Of a DNA stretch of 64,000 nucleotides, positions 10,835 through 21,240 are shown one piece after another. The notes under the pieces were generated by a model. It was not told the origin of the DNA and did not search any database. It saw only the letters and a program-made list of their open reading frames with translations. The stretch's first letter is position 1. Each line of letters begins with the position of its first letter. Origin of the DNA: a virus (taxonomy: Duplodnaviria; Heunggongvirae; Uroviricota; Caudoviricetes); IMG/VR virus record IMGVR_UViG_3300023174_000034. One strand, given 5' to 3'. The position numbers were made by a program, and so were the translations under genes.

Positions 10835-11653
10835 ATGAAGAAGTTACTATCGATTTTAGCAATCACATTATTCGCGACCGCGGCCCAAGCCTGGGAACAA
10901 TGGCCGCCAAAAGCACCTGCTCAGTGTCAAGCACAAGCACCCTACGGTTTCCCACAAACCAAAAAGCCTGGCGTGGCAATCTGCCGCCATGCTTACCTCA
11001 CACTAAATGATCCGGCTGCACGTATTCCAGTCTGGGTCAGTTACACACTAACACCACAAAACGCACTAGGTTGCGTGGCACGTTCAAATGGTTTTGCACC
11101 AGACCAAAGCATTCCTAAAGGGCAACGTGCTGAGTTGAGCGACTATGCCAAGTCAGGTTATGACATTGGTCACGTGGCTCCTAACGGCGACATGAGTTTC
11201 GATGACCGTGCGGAGAAAGAAAGTTTTTTGTTAACAAACATGTACCCACAACTTCCTGGTTTCAATCGTGGCATTTGGAAGTTACTGGAGACTGCAACCC
11301 GTGGATGGGCAGTACAACGCGGACACACCCTTGTGGTGTACGTTGGAGCTATATATGGCGCTGGTGACAAAACCATTGGCGATAACAAAGTTGTAGTACC
11401 GCACATGTTTTATAAAATTGTAACAGACACTGTCACAGGTGAAGTCATGGCTTTTGCTTTCAAGCACGAAGGTGGTCAAGGCAACGATCTAGTCCCCATG
11501 CGTGTTAGTTTAGACGCTGTTGAAAAAGCATCAGGTGTGGCATTTGCATTCCCTGCCAACGCCAAAGAAGTACCAGGCGGTCAAATTTGGCCTGTGGACT
11601 ACGGTGCATTGACCAATGCCAAACGTGCCAAGTGCAAAGGCACCGCTGAATGA
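10835..11653 (+). CDS. DNA/RNA non-specific endonuclease (NucA/EndA family) with signal peptide
   Basis: SGYDIGHVAP, ESFLLTNMYPQ..FNRGIWKLLE, VVVPHMFYKIV; N-terminal MKKLL..AQA signal. Confidence 0.9.
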   Translation: MKKLLSILAITLFATAAQAWEQWPPKAPAQCQAQAPYGFPQTKKPGVAICRHAYLTLNDPAARIPVWVSYTLTPQNALGCVARSNGFAPDQSIPKGQRAELSDYAKSGYDIGHVAPNGDMSFDDRAEKESFLLTNMYPQLPGFNRGIWKLLETATRGWAVQRGHTLVVYVGAIYGAGDKTIGDNKVVVPHMFYKIVTDTVTGEVMAFAFKHEGGQGNDLVPMRVSLDAVEKASGVAFAFPANAKEVPGGQIWPVDYGALTNAKRAKCKGTAE

Positions 11654-11844
11654 ACAAGCCGGACTTTTACTACTATGCTGAAAGTGAATGGGATCGCCTA
11701 GGATGCGGCCCATTGCCTGACGCTCGTAAGCGCCCAGAGCCTTTATCTAAAGAATCAAAGTTTTTAGGCAAGGAAGAAAAGTACTTGGTATATCCTGAAC
11801 CAACTGGATATGATCTTCCTGTAAATCCTTACGGACAACACTAA
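11650..11844 (+). CDS. Small hypothetical protein
   Basis: Translationally coupled at both ends (ATGA and TAATG overlaps). Confidence 0.55.
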   Translation: MNKPDFYYYAESEWDRLGCGPLPDARKRPEPLSKESKFLGKEEKYLVYPEPTGYDLPVNPYGQH

Positions 11845-12092
11845 TGAAGCAACGTGTTTTTACTAGGTCAGACTTTGGCTTATCTGAAAACGAAACAGGT
11901 GAAGAGGATGCTGTGCTGGATCCTAATGATCCTATTTTCCAAATTGCGCGAGGCGAAGAACCCAAACGTGACTACTCACAGCTAGTGGCATGGCAAAAAG
12001 ATAATCCACAAAATAACAAAGCTCTTTACATGAAAGAGAATAATATCAAACCAGGTACCCCTGCGTGGTTTGCTTTATGGTTTGGCCGATAA
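11844..12092 (+). CDS. Small hypothetical protein
   Basis: Coupled start; ends IKPGTPAWFALWF. Confidence 0.6.
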   Translation: MKQRVFTRSDFGLSENETGEEDAVLDPNDPIFQIARGEEPKRDYSQLVAWQKDNPQNNKALYMKENNIKPGTPAWFALWFGR

Positions 12093-13742
12093 GTTTATAA
12101 AGTCACGAATCTTAATTGTGTTTACAAGTGTTGTTGAATTGTAAAGTTTGTTGTCGGCTAGCACATAAAAGGGCATTACACCATATTTGTCTAGTAACTT
12201 TCTAAATTTCTCACCATCACGCTGGGCTCGATCCCACATGTGAGGCCTAAGAGAATTATAATTTTTTTTCAAAAACTTAGTTTCGTTACGAACTCTAGTT
12301 AGGCTTGTTAGTGCTAGTACGGCATATTGCATGTACAAATTTTCCTCTAACCCAGCTGAGTAGTGCTCCCAGATAACATCACTACGATAAGATATTGGTA
12401 ACTCATCGTTTTCGATTGAGTGTAACATTCGTTCTGTAATCATCTCATCAGTATACCCAGTCCAGTCTAAGTCAGGCCTGACGCTTGTATCGTACATTGG
12501 GAAAATAGTTGGGGTGACTTTTATTTTGTGCTTCTTAATATACTCTGCATCCGCACCAGGAGATGTTGGTAGCATGTGCCACGGTGAAGCATTCATGCTC
12601 CAAAGTGGAGCTAGGTCTGTGAACTCAATTAACATTTGATCCCACGATTCTCTAGTTTCGCCTGGCAAGCCTGTCATTAGTACAGGAAGGAATTTTAATG
12701 TATAATCTTTCTTTAGATCTATTAACATTTTTTTATATTCGGTCCAAGGAATCGCTGGTCGATCAATGTTCTCCAACACTTGGGGAGTTATTGATTGTAA
12801 CGGTACCTTGCATTCTATCTCTCCGAATATATCTCCCCTCATGCGATAAATTGCGTGTACTCTATCTTTATGTAATTTTGCCCAGCTTGGTTCTGTAGCT
12901 CGTGGGATTCTTCCGGCTTTTTGCAATTTCCAAATATGCTCAATGCTTTTTAAGTCTTTTTCGTAAATTCCAAAGTTGGCATTATTAAATGAAATTTTAC
13001 AACTTTGCTCAGCAAATAGTTCAATTTCATCATGGTGGTCATATTTTTTTGCAATTACCTTATGGTGCAAGCCTGACTCCCAGTCACAGAAGCTACAATC
13101 ATAAGGACATCCTCTATCACTTTCCCATGCCACAATCGGTGCATTGCCGGTCCTGGCTTTTATTTCGTTGCAATCTCTTACAAATGTTTCCTTGCAATGG
13201 ATCCAAGGGCTGTGGTGTGTGTATACTTTGCCCTTGTACAATTGGTGAGGCGTATTATGCACTTTTCCTTTTGTGTCTTTGAAGATTAAATTTTTAATAT
13301 TCAACAAGTCTAGCGTGGTAGTCTTGTTATCAAATATAGCATCTATTAGATCAATAAATGTTTGCTCACCGTCACCATAACAGATGTAGTCATAGTACGG
13401 ATATTTGTTAGAAAATCCTGTTGGATCCTTCCAGTCAACCTCTGGTCCGCCTAGTAGTATAACAGTCTCGGGCGATTCTTCACGAATACGTTTTGCTAGA
13501 TAGTGCAGGATTTCGGCCGACCATAGGTACATACTTAGACATACGATGTCTGGTTTTGAATCTACAAATGCCTGCCAAATTTGTGTTTTGTTAGGTTGCC
13601 ATATGTATGCTGGCAACCATTCAAGTTTGTCAGGGTATTTGCCTTCTATATCATACGCCAGTTGAAACATGTACTGAATAACTGGCGTATGAATTTCCGA
13701 TGAAATAGTGGTTGGTATAAAAACCATTATTTTTTTAGTCAT
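12075..13742 (-). CDS. B12-binding (class B) radical SAM enzyme
   Basis: PDIVCLSMYLW, LLGGPEV, YGDGE, RGCPYDCSFCDW, GLPGET. Confidence 0.88.
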   Translation of the reverse strand: MTKKIMVFIPTTISSEIHTPVIQYMFQLAYDIEGKYPDKLEWLPAYIWQPNKTQIWQAFVDSKPDIVCLSMYLWSAEILHYLAKRIREESPETVILLGGPEVDWKDPTGFSNKYPYYDYICYGDGEQTFIDLIDAIFDNKTTTLDLLNIKNLIFKDTKGKVHNTPHQLYKGKVYTHHSPWIHCKETFVRDCNEIKARTGNAPIVAWESDRGCPYDCSFCDWESGLHHKVIAKKYDHHDEIELFAEQSCKISFNNANFGIYEKDLKSIEHIWKLQKAGRIPRATEPSWAKLHKDRVHAIYRMRGDIFGEIECKVPLQSITPQVLENIDRPAIPWTEYKKMLIDLKKDYTLKFLPVLMTGLPGETRESWDQMLIEFTDLAPLWSMNASPWHMLPTSPGADAEYIKKHKIKVTPTIFPMYDTSVRPDLDWTGYTDEMITERMLHSIENDELPISYRSDVIWEHYSAGLEENLYMQYAVLALTSLTRVRNETKFLKKNYNSLRPHMWDRAQRDGEKFRKLLDKYGVMPFYVLADNKLYNSTTLVNTIKIRDFINLSAKP

Positions 13743-13745
13743 TGA

Positions 13746-14279
13746 TCATCCCATGGCCTGTTGCTTGTCCTCAATGCCTAGATACTGGTACCAACTTGAA
13801 TGCTGGATATGCACAGGACGACCCTTCCACTTGTTGACCAATTGGTAGTAGTCAGGCTTGTAGGGCATGTTCATAGGCTTCCATAGCTTGGTGCCTTTTT
13901 TATGATTGCATGTCTTGCAAGCAGTAACAGCATTTTCCCAGTTGACCTTACCACCTGATGCTTTTGGGATCATGTGGTCGATAGTCAGCTCGTTGTTGTC
14001 AAATGTGTCACCGCAGTATTGGCACTGGTACAAGTCACGTAGGTACAAGTTAGCACGGCTAAAACGCACACCCTTCTTGTTGTTGAAGTAGTTTTTGGTC
14101 ACAGCAACCGCAGGGTAATGAATAGTCAAGCTGGCACTACGAGCAACGTGGTTCTCGTATTCTTCAAGCACAGTAATTCTATCCAAAAACATCAGCTTGA
14201 TAGCATGTTGCCAGTTGATGATGCTCAATGGAAGGATTGAAATAGGCTCGTAATTAGAGTTTAGAAGAAGGCAGTTCAT
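13746..14279 (-). CDS. HNH endonuclease (McrA-like)
   Basis: LLLNSNYEP, RDLYQCQYCG, TIDHMIPKASGG..WENAVTACKTCNHKKG. Confidence 0.92.
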   Translation of the reverse strand: MNCLLLNSNYEPISILPLSIINWQHAIKLMFLDRITVLEEYENHVARSASLTIHYPAVAVTKNYFNNKKGVRFSRANLYLRDLYQCQYCGDTFDNNELTIDHMIPKASGGKVNWENAVTACKTCNHKKGTKLWKPMNMPYKPDYYQLVNKWKGRPVHIQHSSWYQYLGIEDKQQAMG

Positions 14280-14293
14280 GTTAAATACTTATT

Positions 14294-15856
14294 ATGTCGA
14301 CACTAGAATCAGTTATTGTAAAAAAAGCTCACCAACAAGAGAGCTTTACCGAACAGCAAATCCTTGAAATAGCCAAGTGCGCCCATCCCGTGACAGGTCC
14401 GCAATATTTCATGGACAACTACTTTTACATACAGCACCCAACCAAGGGCAGTATGCAATATCATCCCTGGGACTATCAAAAGCGTCTCATTGATACTTAC
14501 CACAATTATAGATACAGCATTAGTTTAATGCCACGACAAACAGGCAAAAGTACCAGTGCCGCAGGATATTTATTGTGGTACGCAATGTTCATGCCCGATA
14601 GTACTATCCTAGTAGCGGCTCACAAATATCTGGGTGCCCAAGAAATCATGCAACGTGTGCGATATGCTTACGAAAATTGTCCTGACTTCATACGTGCCGG
14701 AGTAGTCAGTTACAACAAGGGCTCAATTGATTTTGACAACGGAAGCCGCATTGTGGCGCAAACTACTACAGAAAATACTGGTCGTGGTATGAGTATTTCA
14801 CTGTTGTACATGGACGAATTTGCATTCGTTAGGCCCAGCATTGCAACAGAGTTCTGGACAGCCATTGCACCTACATTATCTACAGGTGGTAAGTGTATTA
14901 TAACATCAACTCCTAATTCGGACGAGGATCAATTTGCCCAAATCTGGCGCCAGGCCAACAAGTGTGTGGACGAGTTTGGCAACGAAACCGAAGTGGGCAC
15001 AAACGGATTCAAGAGCTATCGTAGTGCATGGCAAGAGCATCCGGATCGTGATGATGCTTGGGCCATCGGCATGCGTAGCCAGCTGGGCGAAGAACGTTTC
15101 CGCCGCGAGATGGAATGCGAATTCTTGATCTTTGACGAAACCTTGATCAACTCTATTCATCTATTAGAAATGGCCGGCATTGAGCCATTGGAAAAGCAAG
15201 GGCAAGTGCGTTGGTACAAAAAGCCACAAAAAGACTGCACCTACATTGTGGCACTGGATCCCAGTCTAGGCACAGGCGGAGATCCAAGTGCGATTCAAAT
15301 CATTGAACTTCCTAGCCTGATGCAGGTAGGAGAATGGCAGCACAACAAAACACCTGTGCAAGCACAAGTACGTATCCTGCGCGAAATTACCACATACATC
15401 GTGGATGTCATTGGTAACAACAACGATGTGTACTATTCTGTAGAAAATAACACACTGGGCGAAGCCGCACTGGTTGCCATTGCTGAAGTTGGAGAAGAAA
15501 ATATTCCGGGCATTTTCCTCAGTGAGCCGCGCCGGGCCGGCTCAAGCAATATCTATCGCAAGGGCTTTAACACCAGCAACAAAACCAAGCTCGCTGCCTG
15601 CGCCAAGTTCAAGCAGTTGATTGAAACCAAAAAGCTCAAAGTAGCCAGCAAGAACTTGATATCTGAAATGAAAACCTTTGTTGCCCATGGTGTAAGTTAT
15701 GCGGCAAAACAGGGTGAGACTGATGATTTGGTCATGAGTATGCTGTTAGCGGTGCGTATGCTACAGTTACTTAAAGAGTTTGATGCCAACCTGGACAAGT
15801 CTGTACGAGACACTCTGGACGACTTTGTTGAACCCATGCCCTTTATTATGATATGA
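14294..15856 (+). CDS. Terminase large subunit (T4 gp17-like)
   Basis: Walker A PRQTGKST, GRGMS..YMDEFAF, ITSTPN, ALDPSLG, VENN, TDDLVMS. Confidence 0.95.
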   Translation: MSTLESVIVKKAHQQESFTEQQILEIAKCAHPVTGPQYFMDNYFYIQHPTKGSMQYHPWDYQKRLIDTYHNYRYSISLMPRQTGKSTSAAGYLLWYAMFMPDSTILVAAHKYLGAQEIMQRVRYAYENCPDFIRAGVVSYNKGSIDFDNGSRIVAQTTTENTGRGMSISLLYMDEFAFVRPSIATEFWTAIAPTLSTGGKCIITSTPNSDEDQFAQIWRQANKCVDEFGNETEVGTNGFKSYRSAWQEHPDRDDAWAIGMRSQLGEERFRREMECEFLIFDETLINSIHLLEMAGIEPLEKQGQVRWYKKPQKDCTYIVALDPSLGTGGDPSAIQIIELPSLMQVGEWQHNKTPVQAQVRILREITTYIVDVIGNNNDVYYSVENNTLGEAALVAIAEVGEENIPGIFLSEPRRAGSSNIYRKGFNTSNKTKLAACAKFKQLIETKKLKVASKNLISEMKTFVAHGVSYAAKQGETDDLVMSMLLAVRMLQLLKEFDANLDKSVRDTLDDFVEPMPFIMI

Positions 15857-16374
15857 CAATTACTCCAGTTACTGAAGTGCCTGGGTTATACCTGGTAGAC
15901 CAAGTGTATGACATAGAATTGCTGGGCCAGTTCTTGGCAGAAGATTTGTCGCATGTGCCGACCAAAAGTGTGGCATTGCAAGAACATTGGGCGTTTCGCA
16001 AAAATTACAAACTGTTCCCTAAACAAAGTTGCTGGAATCAGCTACAGCAGTCAGTTGACTACACTCTAATACATCAATTGGGTTACTACAAACGCCAGGC
16101 ACTAGATACTGTGCATTGGATTGATCTGCCAGGATTTATTACAGGTATACATCAAGATGATCCAGGCGTTTTTGCCAGCTTGCAAGTGTACTTAGACACA
16201 GCAGAAGGACTTGGCACACAGTTTTACAGTAACCATTCAAAGTTGATTTTTACTGTGCCCTATAGAAAAAACAGCGGATACCTATTGGTAAACAGCGGCC
16301 AACGCCACGGCTTTCCCCAGCCCGTGCAAAAAACTCGCTACAGCACATATACTTGGTTAACACCAAAAAGCTAA
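15853..16374 (+). CDS. 2OG-Fe(II) oxygenase-like protein
   Basis: HQD...QVYL...GTQFY...HG...R facial-triad pattern. Confidence 0.7.
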   Translation: MTITPVTEVPGLYLVDQVYDIELLGQFLAEDLSHVPTKSVALQEHWAFRKNYKLFPKQSCWNQLQQSVDYTLIHQLGYYKRQALDTVHWIDLPGFITGIHQDDPGVFASLQVYLDTAEGLGTQFYSNHSKLIFTVPYRKNSGYLLVNSGQRHGFPQPVQKTRYSTYTWLTPKS

Positions 16375-16382
16375 ATACACAC

Positions 16383-18164
16383 ATGGCACAAGAAATTAAC
16401 AAAGTAGCAGACGCACTATTTGAAAAAATCCGTAGCAGATTTGAGGATGTGAGCCTGGGTGACGACAAAGCCGAATCCACAGTAAAACCCGAAGATGCAC
16501 GTTTTTTCAACTTTGACTACAAAAGCTCAGATGGCGAAAGTTTTGGCAACATCACCATCAGCATAATTGATGCTGACAGTCTCAAGATCTACTTTAGCAA
16601 AAACATCAGCGAAAAGCTAGATCCAGAACAACTCAAAGAGTGGTACCAATTCTTATACGAAATGCGTAAATTTGCTCGTCGTAACTTGATGAGCTTTGAC
16701 ACTCGCGACATCAGTCGCAGTAACCTAAACCTCAAGGACATACAGCAAGTGAGCAAAGCAGATTCTACATACAACTCAAATGACGTGGCAGTGACAGAAA
16801 GTCGCTTGTACGGCACACCCAAAACAAGTTTTGAAAACATTGGCACAGCACGTATTCGCATTATACATACCGAAAGCATCAACTCAGAAGTTCGTGGTTC
16901 ACGTGCCAGACATATCAATGCTATCTATGTTGAAAATGCACAAGGTGAACGTTTCAAGCTGGAACACAACAAGCTGGGCGGCGCCAGAGCAATGGCACGC
17001 CACATTGCCGAAGGTGGTAACCCTTACGATCAAGTTGGCGCACACATCAATGAGATGGTGCGTGAAATGGCTGAACTGGGTACATTTGTACGTGGCATGC
17101 GCCGCAGGGTGTTCGAAGACAACATGACCAAGACCATGGTTGAAGCCGCGGCAGCACACTACAATCAAATGCACCACCAGTTGAATTCCTTGAAGGGTGC
17201 AAGAACATACAATCAGTTTGTGGAATCATTTGAACCACAAACAACACAACTAGATGAAATGGACATGAACGATCTCAAAGAACGTTTTGTCAAGAAAATT
17301 TTTGATGACCGTATGACAGCGGCACTGCCGCATGTGTACAAGGCATACAAGCTACAAGAGCAAAGCAAACAAAAACAAATTGAAATTGTAAGTAACATCC
17401 TGGAAGGACAAGCTGATCTAACACTAGCAGTCAATGAAGGCATGGACGAATACATGAAAATGCTCAGATTCCAAGATACAAACAGCTTGGTTAAGACAGT
17501 ACTAGAAGATATTGCTAGCCGTGCTGTTACCATGCCAGAGGTTGCACAATTCGCATCATACTGGGCAAAAAACTACGATACCATTACCGAAGACGACAGT
17601 CAAGAACAAAATAGAACAATAGCGATACAGCTTGCCACACACTACATTCGCGACCTACGCAACATAAGAGAAAACTCAAACTTACGTATTGAATCAGAAT
17701 ACCACGTCAATGAAGAACTGGATGCAGGTTCAGATCTCATTGACGAAGGTACAGGCGCAATACCCAAGACTCCAGAAGAACTGCAAGCACTACAACAAAT
17801 GTTGTCGCAACCAATTCCGTTTGGCATGGACGGTACCAATGTAACTGCTACGCTGGGTGAGATTCTCGCTGATGATGAATTGTTTGATACGTTGAGCGCC
17901 TTGGCTGACGACCTGGGTGAAGAAGCAGATGCTGTTCCAGCCATCAAAGAATGGCTCAAAGACAACTGGCCCGGCATTTATCAACAGTTAGGATTTGGCA
18001 ACGAAGAATTGGACGCACCACCTGCACAACCACAAATGCCTCCTGCTCCTGCACCAATGCCCACAGCAGCCGATCAGCCTGCTGGACAAGCCAGTGGTGG
18101 CGTGGTAAGTGAAGACGCAGAGCTGGTACAGATGCTTCGAATCGCAGGCTTGCTCATAAAGTAA
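16383..18164 (+). CDS. Hypothetical late (virion) protein
   Basis: Start MAQEINK lies 5 nt after TAAATA; acidic; multiple x-x-E motifs; Pro-rich tail. Confidence 0.6.
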   Translation: MAQEINKVADALFEKIRSRFEDVSLGDDKAESTVKPEDARFFNFDYKSSDGESFGNITISIIDADSLKIYFSKNISEKLDPEQLKEWYQFLYEMRKFARRNLMSFDTRDISRSNLNLKDIQQVSKADSTYNSNDVAVTESRLYGTPKTSFENIGTARIRIIHTESINSEVRGSRARHINAIYVENAQGERFKLEHNKLGGARAMARHIAEGGNPYDQVGAHINEMVREMAELGTFVRGMRRRVFEDNMTKTMVEAAAAHYNQMHHQLNSLKGARTYNQFVESFEPQTTQLDEMDMNDLKERFVKKIFDDRMTAALPHVYKAYKLQEQSKQKQIEIVSNILEGQADLTLAVNEGMDEYMKMLRFQDTNSLVKTVLEDIASRAVTMPEVAQFASYWAKNYDTITEDDSQEQNRTIAIQLATHYIRDLRNIRENSNLRIESEYHVNEELDAGSDLIDEGTGAIPKTPEELQALQQMLSQPIPFGMDGTNVTATLGEILADDELFDTLSALADDLGEEADAVPAIKEWLKDNWPGIYQQLGFGNEELDAPPAQPQMPPAPAPMPTAADQPAGQASGGVVSEDAELVQMLRIAGLLIK

Positions 18165-18186
18165 GCAATTCGAACTAAATCATCCA

Positions 18187-18212
18187 AAGGCGCTTTTTTT
18201 GCGCCTTTTCTC
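18187..18212 (+). terminator. Rho-independent terminator
   Basis: AAAGGCGC-T loop-GCGCCTTTT. Confidence 0.7.
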
Positions 18213-18306
18213 TTGCATTGATAAATAAATTTGTTATATACTAGCAGGGTGCTAGTAAATATCTAGGCACATTAAAGACCATCTTAAACTTATAAAGGAA
18301 ACTATC

Positions 18307-19296
18307 ATGGCTACATCTCTCGCAGACATCCGCGCTAAACTACAAGCGCAAGAAAACCGCAAAGGCGGTCAATCACAAGGTGGCGACAACGCTATCTATC
18401 CACACTGGAACATTGCAGAAGGTTCCACAGCAAAAATCCGTTTTCTACCAGACGGTAATTCCAAAAATGACTTTTTCTGGGTCGAGCGACTAATGATTCG
18501 TTTGCCATTTGCTGGCGTAAAAGGCCAAGCAGACAGCAAGCCTGTTATTGTGCAAGTACCTTGCGTGGAAATGTATGGCGATGCTTGCCCTGTGCTAGCA
18601 GAAGTTCGTACATGGTTCAAGGACAAGAGCCTTGAGGAAATGGGTCGTAAGTACTGGAAGAAGAAGAGTTATTTGTTCCAAGGTTTCGTTCGTGAGAACC
18701 CACTTGGTGATGACAAGACTCCAGAGAATCCAATCCGTCGTTTTGTGATCTCTCCACAGATCTTTAACCTGGTTCGTAATGCGCTAATGGATCCAGACAT
18801 GGAATCCATGCCAACTGACTACACAGCTGGTCTTGACTTCACAGTTAAGAAAACCAGCAAAGGTGGTTATGCTGACTACAGCACCAGCAACTGGGCACGT
18901 AAAGAATCTTCACTTACCAGTGAAGAACAAGCCGCAGTTGATGCACATGGTTTGTTTAACTTGAGCGACTTCTTGCCCAAGAAGCCAAGTGATGTAGAGT
19001 TAAAGGTTATTAAAGAGATGTTTGAAGCATCTGTTGATGGCCAAGCCTATGATCCAGATCGTTGGAGTGCTTACTTCAAGCCTAGCGGCTTCACAGGTGG
19101 TAATGCACCTGCCGCAGGTCACGACGATGCTCCTAAGGCAGCTCCGGTTGCCAAGGCAGCACCTGCTCCAGTTGACGATACTCCTCCATTTGACGTGGAT
19201 GAGCCAGCTGAAGCAACGGCACCAGTTGCGGCCAAGCCATCCAATGCTCGCGCAGAGGATATCCTGGCCATGATCCGTAACCGTCAGAAGTCTTAA
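18307..19296 (+). CDS. Single-stranded DNA-binding protein (T4 gp32-like)
   Basis: IRFLPDGN, CPV, YWKKKSY, GLDFTVKKT..GGYADYSTSNW; strong SD AAAGGA. Confidence 0.88.
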   Translation: MATSLADIRAKLQAQENRKGGQSQGGDNAIYPHWNIAEGSTAKIRFLPDGNSKNDFFWVERLMIRLPFAGVKGQADSKPVIVQVPCVEMYGDACPVLAEVRTWFKDKSLEEMGRKYWKKKSYLFQGFVRENPLGDDKTPENPIRRFVISPQIFNLVRNALMDPDMESMPTDYTAGLDFTVKKTSKGGYADYSTSNWARKESSLTSEEQAAVDAHGLFNLSDFLPKKPSDVELKVIKEMFEASVDGQAYDPDRWSAYFKPSGFTGGNAPAAGHDDAPKAAPVAKAAPAPVDDTPPFDVDEPAEATAPVAAKPSNARAEDILAMIRNRQKS

Positions 19297-19368
19297 ACGG
19301 AACCGTGGGCGAGAAGATATCGAGCGCCAGATCGATAAACTGGTAGGCTCACTCGCCCACATCTTTTT

Positions 19369-20145
19369 ATGAAACTAATTTGGTTATCAAGTGGTGATGA
19401 AATTGAAGTCACGCCTTCCAATCAAGAACTTGCTGAATACTATGTAGATGCTATTGCTCCGTACAACAATTTTGTTTGTACAGAGTCTGCAATTGAAACA
19501 GAAAAAGCCACAAGACTGATATGGGCGCTAGAAGATATCAATCGATTTGTCACAGAACATAAAATTGCACCTGCATTTGCAGTAGGCAATCCGTACGATC
19601 AACAATACCTGAATGAACTGCATCGTGCCTGGGTAAAGTTTCACATATCCACACCAAAGATCATACAGTTATTGAGAGCCAAACAGCCTGACTTGATCAA
19701 TCAATTTCGCGGCATTAACCAGATACTGCACAGCATTGAGCAGATGTTTCATCAAGTTTGGGCCAGCACAGACAACGGGGAAGTACACCAGGTACCAAAC
19801 CCTTTTATCAATGCTCTCACGCATGACATTGCAAATGTACAAATAGTGTTCAATGACCTGGGCCGCAACACGTTTAACAAATGGTTGTACTTTGATGATA
19901 ATCTAGATCCAGCAGACACCAACGACTTTGTTAATCTACCAGTTGAAATTGAAATCAGCCTCAAGCGTCCAATCAACTACACAGCACCCAATCACTATGT
20001 TGATTGGTGCAAGCAACAAGGATTAGACCAACCGCCCGGGCGTTGGTTAAACTTGGGAAACATTCGTGACCTTGAGTCAAAGCTAGAACACTATCGACTC
20101 GTACTTACGAGAAACAGATCAGTTGACATGCACATCGCAATGTAA
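19369..20145 (+). CDS. Hypothetical protein
   Basis: 258-aa ORF between gp32 and UvsX. Confidence 0.6.
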   Translation: MKLIWLSSGDEIEVTPSNQELAEYYVDAIAPYNNFVCTESAIETEKATRLIWALEDINRFVTEHKIAPAFAVGNPYDQQYLNELHRAWVKFHISTPKIIQLLRAKQPDLINQFRGINQILHSIEQMFHQVWASTDNGEVHQVPNPFINALTHDIANVQIVFNDLGRNTFNKWLYFDDNLDPADTNDFVNLPVEIEISLKRPINYTAPNHYVDWCKQQGLDQPPGRWLNLGNIRDLESKLEHYRLVLTRNRSVDMHIAM

Positions 20146-20169
20146 CATAATACAACAAAGGAAACTATC

Positions 20170-21240
20170 ATGGCAAAACCATTTGACCTAAGCAAATTTA
20201 GAAAAAGCATTACAAAAAGCATTGACGGTATCTCTGTCGGCTTCCATGATCCGGACACATGGATCTCAACAGGCAACTACACATTAAACTATCTTATCTC
20301 GGGTGCATTTGATAAAGGCATTCCGATGGGCAAGGTCACTGTGTTTGCAGGTGAATCGGGCGCAGGTAAAAGTTTTATCTGTTCGGGCAACTTGATTGCC
20401 AATGCACAAAAACAAGGTATCTATCCAATCCTCATTGATAGCGAAAATGCTCTCGACGAGAAATGGTTACACGCACTTGGTGTAGACACAAGTGAAGATA
20501 AACTTCTCAAATTGAACATGGCCATGATTGATGATGTGGCCAAGATGGTTAGCGAATTTGTCAAAGAATACAAAACCATGCCAGAGGCAGAACGTCCCAA
20601 GGTCCTGTTTGTGGTTGACTCATTGGGCATGTTGCTCACACCCACAGACGTCAACCAGTTTGAAGCAGGCGACATGAAAGGCGACATGGGTCGTAAACCC
20701 AAAGCACTGGCCGCATTGGTTCGTAATTGCGTGAACATGTTTGGTAACTTGAATCTAGGCCTGGTATGTACAGCACACACCTATGCAAGCCAGGACATGT
20801 TTGACCCTGATGACAAGATCTCAGGCGGTCAAGGCTTTATCTACGCCAGCTCAATCGTGGTTGCCATGCGTAAATTGAAACTGAAAGAAGATGAAGACGG
20901 CAACAAGATTTCAGAAGTAAAAGGTATTCGTGCCGCTTGCAAGGTCATGAAGACTCGCTATGCCAAACCTTTTGAATCAGTACAAGTCAAGATTCCGTAT
21001 GAGTCAGGCATGAGCCCATATTCAGGCATGACAGACATGTTGGAAGGCAAGGAACTTCTTAAGAAGGAAGGCAACAGTTTGCTATATACACTAGCTGATG
21101 GAACAGTGATCAAGAAGTTCCGTAAAGCCTGGGAACGCAACGATGACGAGTGTTTGGACAAAGTAATGAAAGACTTTGTTGACAATCCTCATCATGTAGT
21201 AGCCACTGCCCAACCAACTGAAGAGGAACCAGTAGAATGA
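20170..21240 (+). CDS. uvsX: RecA/UvsX recombinase
   Basis: ISTG..LNYLISG, AGESGAGKS, IDSENALD, VDSLG, ISGGQG. Confidence 0.93.
   Translation: MAKPFDLSKFRKSITKSIDGISVGFHDPDTWISTGNYTLNYLISGAFDKGIPMGKVTVFAGESGAGKSFICSGNLIANAQKQGIYPILIDSENALDEKWLHALGVDTSEDKLLKLNMAMIDDVAKMVSEFVKEYKTMPEAERPKVLFVVDSLGMLLTPTDVNQFEAGDMKGDMGRKPKALAALVRNCVNMFGNLNLGLVCTAHTYASQDMFDPDDKISGGQGFIYASSIVVAMRKLKLKEDEDGNKISEVKGIRAACKVMKTRYAKPFESVQVKIPYESGMSPYSGMTDMLEGKELLKKEGNSLLYTLADGTVIKKFRKAWERNDDECLDKVMKDFVDNPHHVVATAQPTEEEPVE

Noticed and set aside
13746-15856. Intron/intein or homing element at the terminase
   Set aside because: The terminase is uninterrupted and of normal size; the HNH is a free-standing divergent gene.
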